Assembly: GCA_963577075.1 (NCBI GenBank)
Contig: CAUYYV010000001.1
Location: 1 to 38,400 of the forward strand
Direction: 5' to 3'
Length of the DNA: 38,400 nucleotides
Source: Phycisphaerae bacterium
GTDB lineage: Bacteria; Planctomycetota; Phycisphaerae; Phycisphaerales; Phycisphaeraceae
How positions within the stretch are numbered: position 1 is the stretch's first letter; each line of letters begins with the position of its first letter. A program made the translations under genes and the position numbers. Shown one piece after another: positions 1 to 8,656 of the stretch. The notes under the pieces were generated by a model. The model did no database searches. It had not been told where the DNA came from and saw nothing but the letters and a program-made list of their open reading frames with translations.

Positions 1-43
1 GCTTTCCACCTTCGTTCAACGCTTCGTATTGGAATGTGGGCAT
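1..43 (-). CDS. 5' end (first 14 codons) of a type IV pilus / T2SS platform protein (PilC/GspF family); the gene continues beyond the window start
   Basis: ATG at 43..41 is preceded by AAGGAG (6-nt spacer), which overlaps the TAA stop of the upstream ATPase gene. The translation MPTFQYEALNEGGK resembles the typical MPxFxYxA...G N-terminus of GspF/PilC proteins. It sits directly downstream of a PilB/GspE ATPase. Confidence 0.5.
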   Translation of the reverse strand, partial: MPTFQYEALNEGGK

Positions 44-53
44 GACGGTCTCC

Positions 54-1820
54 TTATACTTCTTCTTCCACCACGGTTTCGCGCACGATTTCGTCGATCG
101 TCGTCGTCCCGTCGTACAGAGTCAGCAGTCCGCTCTCGCGCAGCGTGCGCATGCCCCGCTTGCGCGCTTCGGCATGAAGCAGTTGTGACGATGCCTGGTT
201 CATGATCAGTTCGCGTATTTCGTCGTCGAGGACCATGATCTCGAACAGGCCCACGCGGCCGCGGTAGCCGCTGTTGTTGCAATGCTTGCACCCTTCGCCG
301 CGGTATAATTGTCGGCCCTCGATGTCGGCCGGCGTCAACGCCAGTTCCATCAACTCGCGATCCGTGGGGTTGTAAGGCTTCTTGCACTTGTCGCAGATCC
401 GCTTGACCAGTCGTTGCGCGATGATGCCTTCGATCGTGGTGGTGACCAGAAACGCCTCAAGTCCCAGGTCCAGCAGGCGCGCGATCGTACTGGGTGCGTC
501 GTTGGTGTGCAGCGTGGTGAAGACCAGGTGCCCCGTCAACGCTGCCTGCACGGCGATCTGCGCCGTTTCCAGGTCACGCGTTTCGCCGACCAGGATGATG
601 TCGGGATCCTGTCTCAGGAAGCTGCGCAAAGAACGCGCGAAGGTCAGGCCCACGGCGGGGTTGATCTGGACCTGGCACAGGCCGTCGAGGTCGTACTCCA
701 CCGGGTCCTCGGAGGTCAGGATCTTCACGTCGATGTTGTTCAACTCCATCAACGCCGAGTAGAGCGTGGTCGTTTTGCCGCAGCCTGTCGGCCCGGTGAC
801 GATAACGATCCCGTTGGGCTTTTTGATGAGTTGGCGGACTGTTTCCAGGTCGTCGTCCCTCAGGCCGACCCGATCCATGTCCAACTGGACGGCGGTGCGG
901 TCGAGGATACGCATGACCACCGACTCGCCAAATATGGTCGGCAGCACGGCGACGCGTAGATCGACCGGGTTACCGCCCACGGTCAACTCGATGCGGCCGT
1001 CCTGGGGCAGGCGCCGCTCGCCGATGTCAAGATCGGCCATGACCTTGATCCTCGAGGTGATCGCGGCGGCAAGATGCATCGGAGGCGGCACCATTTCATA
1101 GAGCACGCCATCGATCCGGTATCGCATCTTGAATTCTTCTTCAAACGGCTCGAAGTGGATGTCTGAAGCGCGGTCCTTGATAGCCTGCATCAGCACGAGG
1201 TTGACCAGCCGCTTGACTTTGTTGTCCTCCGTGGCGGCCAGCAGTTCGTCCAGGTCGATTGACGCACCGCGGTCGCGCAGCCCGTCGAAGGTGGAATCAC
1301 CGTCCATTTCACCGACCAGATCCGCCAGCGATTCCTCGCCTTCCTGCTGGCCGTAGAACTGGCCCATCAGGCGGTCGATCTGCTCGGCGCTGGCGAGCAC
1401 GGGTTTAACGTCAAACCCCATCAACATCTTCAGGTCATCGATAACGCGGAAGTTCTCGGCGCTCTTGAGCGCGACGGTCAACGTGTTGGACGACTCGTCG
1501 AACTCAATGGGCACGACCTGGTAGGATTCGGCCGTCTCGCCCGGCAAGATGCTCGCCACCGAGTCAGGTACGTCCAGGGCGTCGAGGTCGACAGTCTCCA
1601 TGCCACTTTGGGCGGCCAGCGCGGCGTTGACTTCCTCCTCGGTGACGTAGCCCAGTTCGATGAGCAACTGCCCCAGCGGCGCCCGCTTCTTGGATTGAAG
1701 TTGTAGGCCCTCGTGGACCTGCTCGCGGGTGATCTTGCCCATCTTGGTGAGGACTCGACCGATCCGCCGGCCCTTTAGCTCGTCCAAGCGTGACCGGCCG
1801 CTATCTCTACGCTTTGCCAT
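54..1820 (-). CDS. pilB: Type IV pilus assembly / type II secretion ATPase (PilB/GspE family), 588 aa
   Basis: ATG at 1820 is preceded by AGAGGTG. The N-terminus carries a tandem MshEN/T2SSE_N-type motif. Also present: Walker A GPTGCGKTT, Asp box SEDPVEYDL, Walker B DPDIILVGETRD, His box TGHLVFTTLHTNDA, and a tetracysteine CDKC...CKHC. Confidence 0.9.
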   Translation of the reverse strand: MAKRRDSGRSRLDELKGRRIGRVLTKMGKITREQVHEGLQLQSKKRAPLGQLLIELGYVTEEEVNAALAAQSGMETVDLDALDVPDSVASILPGETAESYQVVPIEFDESSNTLTVALKSAENFRVIDDLKMLMGFDVKPVLASAEQIDRLMGQFYGQQEGEESLADLVGEMDGDSTFDGLRDRGASIDLDELLAATEDNKVKRLVNLVLMQAIKDRASDIHFEPFEEEFKMRYRIDGVLYEMVPPPMHLAAAITSRIKVMADLDIGERRLPQDGRIELTVGGNPVDLRVAVLPTIFGESVVMRILDRTAVQLDMDRVGLRDDDLETVRQLIKKPNGIVIVTGPTGCGKTTTLYSALMELNNIDVKILTSEDPVEYDLDGLCQVQINPAVGLTFARSLRSFLRQDPDIILVGETRDLETAQIAVQAALTGHLVFTTLHTNDAPSTIARLLDLGLEAFLVTTTIEGIIAQRLVKRICDKCKKPYNPTDRELMELALTPADIEGRQLYRGEGCKHCNNSGYRGRVGLFEIMVLDDEIRELIMNQASSQLLHAEARKRGMRTLRESGLLTLYDGTTTIDEIVRETVVEEEV

Positions 1821-2128
1821 GATGCACCTCTACGATTCAGACACGCTATCCCTTAAGTACGATCCTCCGCACCCGCACGTTCAATACCCTCAAAAACCAA
1901 TTGTCTTATTCGAACTTATGGCCTTTTTCTTCATAATGCATGGTCTGGTGCAGGTTATTTAAGTAATGCAGGGGCTTGAATACCGGCGGTTCCGAGGCCA
2001 ATCCACTAAGTACAATAGCAATGATCGTCAGCAAAACAACCCCTCTTTACCCGTTATTGTTATTAGACAGATGGTTTATATGGGGATAGGTGCCGTGAAT
2101 TTTCCCCATTACGGGGTCGATTTGTTGC

Positions 2129-3259
2129 TCAGGCGTTCTGTGCAACGGACTCGCTGTCAGCGTCTTCCAATTCTTCGCGGTTAACCGTTCCGCCTGCTTC
2201 ATGCACCTTCTCTACCAAGTACGGGGGGTTGCGGGCCTTGTCGATCATCTCCTCGGCAGAAATGATCTGCTTGGTGTAAAGGTCCCATAAATGGTCATCG
2301 AGGAGCTGCATTCCGTATTTCTTACCCGTCTGGATGGCCGAGTCAATTCGGAAGGTCTTGTTCTCGCGGATCAGGTTCGAGATCGCCGGGGTTACCATGA
2401 GAAACTCATAGGCTGCCACCATGCCCTTGCGGTCGATCCTCGGCAGCAGTTGCTGGCTGAGCACGGCCTTGAGCGACGCTGAAAGCTGCACGCGGATCTG
2501 GGCTTGCTGGTTGACCGGGAAGGCGTCGATGATTCGGTTGATCGTGCCGGAGGCGCCGGTGGTGTGCAGTGTGCCGAACACGAGGTGCCCGGTCTCCGCC
2601 GCACGTACGGCCGCCTCAATCGTCTCCAGATCACGCATTTCGCCGACCATCGCCACATCCGGATCCATCCGCAAGGCACGGCGAAGCGCCTCGGCGAAGC
2701 TGGGTACATCGTTGCCCACCTCACGCTGATTCACAATGCTCTTGCCGTGCTCGAAGTAATACTCGATCGGATCCTCGATCGTGATGATATGGCGGTCCAC
2801 CTCGTTGTTGATGAAGTTGATCATGGACGCCAGTGTCGTGGTCTTGCCCGAGCCGGTCGGCCCGGTGACGAGAAACAACCCCTGAGGTCGCCGACAAAGA
2901 TCGAGTACCGCTTCCGGCAGCCCGATTTCCTTGATGGAAAGCAGCTTGGTCGGAATCAGGCGTAACACGATCGAAACGTGGTTCTTCTGTTTAAAGATCG
3001 CCACGCGAAACCGCGCCTCGGTTCCGTAGGCGAACCCGAAGTCCGATCCGCCCTCCTCTTGGATCTCGTTCTGGGACCGTTCGGGTGCGATCGATTTCAT
3101 CAACGCGAGCGTGTCTTCTGGCAGCAGCACCTTGGTCTTCAATGGGATCAGTCGGCCCCGGATACGCAGTGTCGGCGGCAGGCCCACGGTCAGGTGGATA
3201 TCACTGGCGCTCTGCTTGATCGCCGTATCGAGAAGACGGTCAATATGCACGGTCGACAT
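2129..3259 (-). CDS. pilT: Twitching-motility retraction ATPase PilT, 376 aa
   Basis: Walker A GPTGSGKTTT, IITIEDPIEY, Walker B DPDVAMVGEMRD and His box TGHLVFGTLHTTGA. The motif AISNLIRE matches the PilT-type AIRNLIRE signature. There is no N-terminal GspE_N domain. I chose the ATG at 3259 (GGAG 6 nt upstream) over the ORF-track start 3316, which would overlap the upstream gene. Confidence 0.9.
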   Translation of the reverse strand: MSTVHIDRLLDTAIKQSASDIHLTVGLPPTLRIRGRLIPLKTKVLLPEDTLALMKSIAPERSQNEIQEEGGSDFGFAYGTEARFRVAIFKQKNHVSIVLRLIPTKLLSIKEIGLPEAVLDLCRRPQGLFLVTGPTGSGKTTTLASMINFINNEVDRHIITIEDPIEYYFEHGKSIVNQREVGNDVPSFAEALRRALRMDPDVAMVGEMRDLETIEAAVRAAETGHLVFGTLHTTGASGTINRIIDAFPVNQQAQIRVQLSASLKAVLSQQLLPRIDRKGMVAAYEFLMVTPAISNLIRENKTFRIDSAIQTGKKYGMQLLDDHLWDLYTKQIISAEEMIDKARNPPYLVEKVHEAGGTVNREELEDADSESVAQNA

Positions 3260-3272
3260 CACCAACTCCGGG

Positions 3273-5069
3273 TCAGGCCGCGTCCCCAGCGGCCTCAGGT
3301 TCTGCTTCGTTGTCACTCAGCCCGTCAGCCTGCGCCATACGGGCCAACTCCTCAAGCGTCGTGACGCCGTCGAGTATTTTCAGCTTGCCATCACCGAGCA
3401 GGTTACGCATTCCTCCAGCGATCGCCGCGTCACGTATCTGGTTAAGCGGCGCCAATTTGAACGCCATGTCGCGCAGTTGCGTGTCCATCACCATCAACTC
3501 GTAAATGCCCTTTCGCCCTTTATACCCCGTCCCGCTGCATTTCTTGCAGCCTTTCGACTTGAACAGCTGGGTGGCGGCAATATCCTCGGGTTTCAAGCCG
3601 CACAGCCTGACCAGCCGCGGGTTTGGCTCGGATTCCGGCTGCTTGCACGATTCGCAGAGGATCCGCACCAGCCGCTGGGCCAGCACCGCCTGGATTGAAC
3701 TGGCGACGAGGAACGGCTTGACGCCGATGTCAATCAGTCGCGTGATTGCCGACGGCGCGTCGTTGGTGTGCAGCGTTGAGAAAACAAGGTGGCCGGTCAG
3801 TGCCGCCTGGATGGCGACCGTTGCCACGTCGAAGTCGCGGATCTCGCCGACTAGGATCACGTCGGGTGCTTGACGCAGCATGGCGCGCAGCACACGCGCG
3901 AAGCTCAACTCGATCCCTTCATTGACCTGGCACTGGTTGATGCCCTTGAAGTTGTACTCGACCGGATCCTCGGCGGTGATAATCTTGATGTCCGGGCGGT
4001 TGAGCACGTCCAACGCCGTGTAAAGCGTCGTCGTTTTGCCTGAACCGGTCGGCCCGGTGACGAGAAAGATCCCGTTGGGGCGGCGGATGATTTGGTTGAA
4101 CGAGTCGAGCGTGTCGTCACGCATGCCCAGGTTAGACAGCCCGATCCGCACCGCATCAGGCCTCAGAATACGCAGGACGATGCTCTCGCCGTGGTAGCAG
4201 GGACAACAACTGACGCGAAAATCGATGGTGTCCTCCCCGATTTTCATCTTGATCCGCCCGTCCTGCGTGTTACGCTTCTCCTCGACGCGCATGCCCGAGA
4301 GGATCTTGATCCGTGCCGTCATCGCTGCTTGCGTCCGCTTCGGGATGGTGTCACGCTCGTGGCAGACACCATCGACCCGATACCGCAGCCTGACACGGTC
4401 GCTAAATGGCTCGATGTGGATGTCGCTGGCCCGCGACCGCACCGCTTCCTGGATGATCTGGTTGACCAGTCGAACAATCGGTCCTTCACCCCCCTGGTTG
4501 CTCCCCGACTCGTCGATCGAGAGGCCCTGGTCGATCGACTTGCCCCTCAGAAAACCCAAGTCGATCGAGCCGCCACGGTCGATCGATGCGTCCATCGACA
4601 TTTCCCTAATTTCCTTGTCGATGCTCGATTGCGTTTCGCTGAACGCCTCGTCAATCACCTCCTTGATCTTGGTACGAGAACTGACAACCGTTTCGATATC
4701 ACCGGGCATCTTGAAACGCAGGTTGTCCAACACCTCAAGGTCAAGCGGGTCGTGAATGGCGACGCGCACCTTGCCGTTGCTCTGCGCCAAGGGCAGAACC
4801 AGGTACTTCTTGATGAAGTCCGGCTCGAGCAACTTGAAGTTGTCCGTGTCGATCGCATCGGCATCGCCCAAATCGAGATACGGCATGTCATACTGCTTGG
4901 CCAAGGCCTTGGCGACGGCCTCGTCGGTGGCGTAGCCCAACTCGACCAACGCCTCGCCGATCCGCTTGCCCTGGCCCTCGGCGATGGTCAGCGCCTCGTC
5001 AATCTGTTTGTCGTTGACGATGCCCGCCCGCTTGAGTTGCTCGCCTAACTTGCGGCGACTTAGCGCCAT
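3273..5069 (-). CDS. Second PilB/GspE-family assembly ATPase, 598 aa
   Basis: Walker A GPTGSGKTTT, AEDPVEYNF, Walker B APDVILVGEIRD, His box TGHLVFSTLHTNDA, and tetracysteine CESC...CKKC. The N-terminus carries an MshEN-like motif. I chose the ATG at 5069 (MALSRRKLGEQL...). The 57 extra N-terminal codons in the ORF track are Pro/Arg-rich and look non-coding. Confidence 0.9.
   Translation of the reverse strand: MALSRRKLGEQLKRAGIVNDKQIDEALTIAEGQGKRIGEALVELGYATDEAVAKALAKQYDMPYLDLGDADAIDTDNFKLLEPDFIKKYLVLPLAQSNGKVRVAIHDPLDLEVLDNLRFKMPGDIETVVSSRTKIKEVIDEAFSETQSSIDKEIREMSMDASIDRGGSIDLGFLRGKSIDQGLSIDESGSNQGGEGPIVRLVNQIIQEAVRSRASDIHIEPFSDRVRLRYRVDGVCHERDTIPKRTQAAMTARIKILSGMRVEEKRNTQDGRIKMKIGEDTIDFRVSCCPCYHGESIVLRILRPDAVRIGLSNLGMRDDTLDSFNQIIRRPNGIFLVTGPTGSGKTTTLYTALDVLNRPDIKIITAEDPVEYNFKGINQCQVNEGIELSFARVLRAMLRQAPDVILVGEIRDFDVATVAIQAALTGHLVFSTLHTNDAPSAITRLIDIGVKPFLVASSIQAVLAQRLVRILCESCKQPESEPNPRLVRLCGLKPEDIAATQLFKSKGCKKCSGTGYKGRKGIYELMVMDTQLRDMAFKLAPLNQIRDAAIAGGMRNLLGDGKLKILDGVTTLEELARMAQADGLSDNEAEPEAAGDAA
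4513..4586. repeat. Four copies of the palindromic octamer TCGATCGA within 74 bp, inside the second pilB-like gene
   Basis: TCGATCGA occurs at 4513-4520, 4531-4538, 4561-4568 and 4579-4586 (start-to-start spacings 18, 30, 18 bp). On the coding (minus) strand each copy encodes Ser-Ile-Asp in the linker ...ASIDRGGSIDLGFLRGKSIDQGLSIDES... Confidence 0.9.
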
Positions 5070-5306
5070 GGTGATCTCACTATGAGTTCGCGGGCAATAA
5101 AACCAAGCCACTGCGCGTGGCGGTGGGCAGGTCCGTTGCCGTCGGGGCCATCCGTGAGCGCGTCGTGCTCGACTGCCGACCGGAAAACCCGGGGGTCCGG
5201 GGTCCCAAGGTTGCGTGGGGTCAAGGCGGAGGACCGCCATGTCTAATTATGGGCTACCGATCGGTGTTTGGCAAGCCTCGGACCACGCTAATTCCGCCTG
5301 GGGCGT

Positions 5307-5331
5307 AATCGGGCCGTCGCCAGGCCCGATT
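5307..5331. other. Perfect 9-bp inverted repeat (AATCGGGCC-N7-GGCCCGATT) in the long intergenic region upstream of the pilB-like/pilT genes
   Basis: Read directly from the sequence. The same 693-bp region holds further stems at 5225-5238 (GGCGG-agga-CCGCC), 5454-5474 (CATTGCT-N7-AGCAATG) and 5623-5650 (GATCTCGA-N12-TCGAGATC). Confidence 0.5.
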
Positions 5332-5762
5332 ATGCCCATCGGGTCAAAATCTTTTCGCGGCCCTCTAACACAGTTGCCACGCACCGGTCGGGATCCGTCG
5401 GCGACATGCCTGTGCGTACAAACGTGATGCTGTGGCCAAAGGTGGATATCCGGCATTGCTCCGACGCAGCAATGACCAAGCGACATGCCGATCGCCACCA
5501 CGCAACCCATGTGAGACAACGGGGCCGTGCTAAACCGCCAGGGCGGAAAGGATTTCTCGTGAAAAACGATGGTGGCCGCCGTCATGGACGATCCGCAACT
5601 CGAAAACGTGTTTTACCAGACCGATCTCGATGATCACCAACTTCGAGATCGCGTTTCGCCCGATGAAGCTGGTTGAATGCCTGGTCGGCGAGCGCTTCAT
5701 TATTTGCGAGTCGGTGTGGCAGATACCTTGAACGGCACCGTGATCGCAACTATCCTCGCGTC

Positions 5763-6293
5763 ATGCTCTGCCACCTGCGATGTCTGGCGACTCGCCGCCT
5801 GGCGCCGATGTTTCTTGTGGGCGCATTGGTCGTTGTCGGCTGCAAATCCAAGGGCGAGCCGCCGCCGGGGGATCATATGAATTCCACCGCCGGCGACTAT
5901 TGGCGTGTCAAGCCCGTGCGGATGCGCGTATATCCATCCACGCGCTTCATGGTGAACGATGGCCAGGTTGTATTGGAAGCGCGCATTGAGTTGTTCGACG
6001 AGATGGGTGATTCGGTCAAGGGCGTCGGGAATTTCCATCTCGAATTGCACACCGTCGACGATAAGAAGGCATCGAAGAGGCTGTACGCATGGGACGTCAC
6101 CACACGCACACTTGCTGAGCAACGCCGGTACTATGAGTCGATCACAAGGGCATACCTGTTTCCGGTGAAGTTGCCCAGCGACAAGGCGCTCGACCGTGAA
6201 GTATCTCTCAAGGTTGTCTTCACGCCGCCGCGGGGTCGGCGGCTGGTAACGCAGGCGAAATTAGATAACACGGCAGCCAGATCGCCCGGCTGA
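5763..6293 (+). CDS. Hypothetical lipoprotein (about 176 aa)
   Basis: The ORF has a lipobox-like signal MLCHLRCLATRRLAPMFLVGALVVVGC|KSKG. The mature part is beta-rich with no recognisable motif. The start is uncertain (ATG 5763 chosen; ATG 5808 and the ORF-track start 5673 are alternatives). Confidence 0.5.
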   Translation: MLCHLRCLATRRLAPMFLVGALVVVGCKSKGEPPPGDHMNSTAGDYWRVKPVRMRVYPSTRFMVNDGQVVLEARIELFDEMGDSVKGVGNFHLELHTVDDKKASKRLYAWDVTTRTLAEQRRYYESITRAYLFPVKLPSDKALDREVSLKVVFTPPRGRRLVTQAKLDNTAARSPG

Positions 6294-6314
6294 ATACGAC
6301 ACTTGAAATATCCG

Positions 6315-7769
6315 CTAGGCTGGATTGAGACCCAGTAAGCGACGAACGCACCCAATCATCTCTCTGGCATCAGGCTCATTTTTCGCCTCGGCGATAATGC
6401 GTAGTATCGGCTCGGTGTTGCTTGGCCGCACGTGCGCCCATCGATCAGGAAAATCAACGCGCACGCCGTCCTGCGTGTCAATCTTCTGATCCGGAAATTG
6501 CGCGCGGATCATCGATGCGATTCGATCCGTGGCGAGGGCTTCTGCGGACACGGTGCCATCGAATGCCACTTTTTCCTTGATGATTGTGTACGACGGTATA
6601 TCGATGGCCAGTCGTAAGACGGATTGATCGCGCTTCGCGATCATTTCGAGGATCAGGCCGATGCCGGCCAGGCTGTCACGCACGAAACCGACATTGGCGA
6701 AGATCACGCCGCCATTTCCCTCGCCGCCGATTATCGCATCGTGCCGTCGCATCTTAGCCGCGACGTTTGCCTCACCCACCGGCGTACGGATCACCTCGGC
6801 CCCGTGGGTGCTGGCGATATCATCGATCATTCTACTCGTTGATAGATTGGTGACCACGGCACGCGGCCCTCCGATGCCGCCATCTGCGCGAGTCAGCAGA
6901 TGCAGGGAGCAGAGCGCCAAGGTGTACTCCTCGCCCATATAGGCGCCAGTTTCATCGACGATCGCCAGTCGGTCTGCATCGGGATCCTGGGCGAAGCCAA
7001 GGTCGGCGTCATGGTCGCAGACGGCGGCGCACAACTGTGTCAGATGCTGTTGCGTCGGCTCGGGCGGGTGCGGAAACTGGCCTGTGGGTTCCGCGAACAG
7101 GTGCTTGACCTCGACGCCGAGGTTGCCCAGCAACATCGCCGTCGATGGTCCGCCGGCTCCGTGTACACTATCGAGCACGATGTGAAGCTTGCGCTTCCGA
7201 ATGGCGTCGCCGTCGATATGATCGAGGATGCGACGGACGTGTGTCTCAGCGGTCGAATCATCGTGCTCGACATCCTGTGGCTGGTGAAGATCAACAGCTT
7301 GGGCGGTGTCCGTCTCGAATGTCTTGATGATCTGCTCAACCTGGTCGGGCGGCGGCGCCATGCCGTCACGGGTGATCAGCTTCAGTCCGTTCCATTGAAT
7401 AGGGTTGTGGCTGGCGGTGATGACCATGCCGCCACACGCACCAAGCTGGCGCGTCATCAGCGCCACACCGGGCGTGGTCGCAATGCCAAGGTGAGTCACG
7501 CGGCAGCCCACGCTGATCAGGCCCGCCGCCGCGGCACGCTCGAGCATCTGACCTGATGGGCGGCTGTCGCGCCCAATGACCACGCGCCACGGCTCGGGCG
7601 TGGAGGGTTCGCTCGGCTGGTCCTTCAGCCACCGCCCGAAGGCGGCGGCGTATTGCGCTGCCACCATCGGCGTCAGTGATTGACCAACGCGGCCACGCAG
7701 GCCGCTGACGCCTAACATTAAGGGTGCATGGTTCGACGGGTCGTCCAACGTTACAACCTGCCTCTTCAC
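6315..7769 (-). CDS. Alpha-D-phosphohexomutase superfamily enzyme (phosphoglucosamine mutase / phosphomannomutase-like), 484 aa
   Basis: Four family motifs are present: active-site Ser loop ITASHNP, Mg loop FAQDPDADRLAIVDE, sugar loop GGEGNGG, and phosphate loop RPSNTEP. The start is GTG at 7769 or the in-frame ATG at 7718 (MLGVSGLRG...). Confidence 0.85.
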   Translation of the reverse strand: MKRQVVTLDDPSNHAPLMLGVSGLRGRVGQSLTPMVAAQYAAAFGRWLKDQPSEPSTPEPWRVVIGRDSRPSGQMLERAAAAGLISVGCRVTHLGIATTPGVALMTRQLGACGGMVITASHNPIQWNGLKLITRDGMAPPPDQVEQIIKTFETDTAQAVDLHQPQDVEHDDSTAETHVRRILDHIDGDAIRKRKLHIVLDSVHGAGGPSTAMLLGNLGVEVKHLFAEPTGQFPHPPEPTQQHLTQLCAAVCDHDADLGFAQDPDADRLAIVDETGAYMGEEYTLALCSLHLLTRADGGIGGPRAVVTNLSTSRMIDDIASTHGAEVIRTPVGEANVAAKMRRHDAIIGGEGNGGVIFANVGFVRDSLAGIGLILEMIAKRDQSVLRLAIDIPSYTIIKEKVAFDGTVSAEALATDRIASMIRAQFPDQKIDTQDGVRVDFPDRWAHVRPSNTEPILRIIAEAKNEPDAREMIGCVRRLLGLNPA

Positions 7770-7865
7770 TTACGCGTCGACGTTCACCGCAGACCAGTCC
7801 CCCGCAGTGATGTCAACAGTCGTCAGGGAACCTGCGGCAATACCTGCCGCTACCAAAACCCGGCT

Positions 7866-8633
7866 TCAACTGAGCCACTGTTGCAATCGTTCAACCGTCA
7901 ATCCCTCCAACGACTCGGCGATTCGGTGAGCTCTCGTCAGCCTTTCCGCCGGGCCGCTCGTTGTCAGCCCAAGCGTCCAGAGGCCGGCCCCCCGCGCTGA
8001 TTCGATGCCGGCCGCCGTATCTTCGATTGCCAGGCAGTCGCCCGGCTCCAGGCGCAGGTGCGGGTTGCCTGCCGCGACCCCGGCGACCGCCTGGCGGTAG
8101 CTCTCGGGGTCCGGCTTCGATCTCGCCACGTCGTCAGCCGACACGATCGGATCGAATCTCCCGGTGAGCCCGAGGGCATCGAGCATCAAATCAATATCTG
8201 CACGCGTTGCACCGCTGCTGATCGCGATCGGCATCTGCGATGATGCGGTTTCTATCAGGCGTGCCGCCCCCGGGATCGCGGCCACGCCGTCACCGACGAT
8301 CTGCTCGAATAATTTTCCCTTCCGATCTTTCAGGGCGCAAACGTGGTCCTCGTCTACGGAACACTTGTCCGGTCCTGCGTCACCACCGGTGCCGGTAGCC
8401 CGCGCCAACAGCAGCCGGCAGACATCACGATCGTCGTAGCCGATCATGTGCTGCACATAGTGATCATAATCAAACGTCACCCCGATCGACTCGGCGACCC
8501 GCGCGAAGGCACGGAAGTGCAGCGGCTCGGAATCGACAATCACGCCATCAAAATCAAACACAACCGCCTTGAGCATTGAGTCAGTGTAGCGAACCGGCAT
8601 TGTACCGTCAGCACCGGGTCGGCCAAATCTCAT
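7866..8633 (-). CDS. HAD-superfamily hydrolase, beta-phosphoglucomutase-like subfamily
   Basis: HAD motif I VVFDFDGVIVDS, motif II ISSGAT, and motif IV-like AIEDTAAGIESA. The start is ambiguous (ATG at 8633, 8600 or 8576). Confidence 0.8.
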   Translation of the reverse strand: MRFGRPGADGTMPVRYTDSMLKAVVFDFDGVIVDSEPLHFRAFARVAESIGVTFDYDHYVQHMIGYDDRDVCRLLLARATGTGGDAGPDKCSVDEDHVCALKDRKGKLFEQIVGDGVAAIPGAARLIETASSQMPIAISSGATRADIDLMLDALGLTGRFDPIVSADDVARSKPDPESYRQAVAGVAAGNPHLRLEPGDCLAIEDTAAGIESARGAGLWTLGLTTSGPAERLTRAHRIAESLEGLTVERLQQWLS

Positions 8634-8656
8634 CGTGGCCAGTCAGTGGTTGCGCC

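Noticed and set aside
5070-5240. The 57-codon N-terminal extension of the second pilB-like ORF. Similar ORF-track extensions occur for pilT (3260-3316), moeA (10879-11016), nuoI (27871-27978), the YlbF-like gene, rnr and the SDR.
   Set aside because: The extensions are unprotein-like, overlap neighbouring genes or lack an SD. Internal ATGs give N-termini that match the family pattern and often have an SD.
5569-5676. A 35-codon plus-strand ORF (MVAAVMDDPQLENVFYQTDLDDHQLRDRVSPDEAG) in the long intergenic region
   Set aside because: The peptide looks protein-like, but there is no SD at a proper distance and no recognisable family. It contains one of the hairpins, and it is too short to support from sequence alone.
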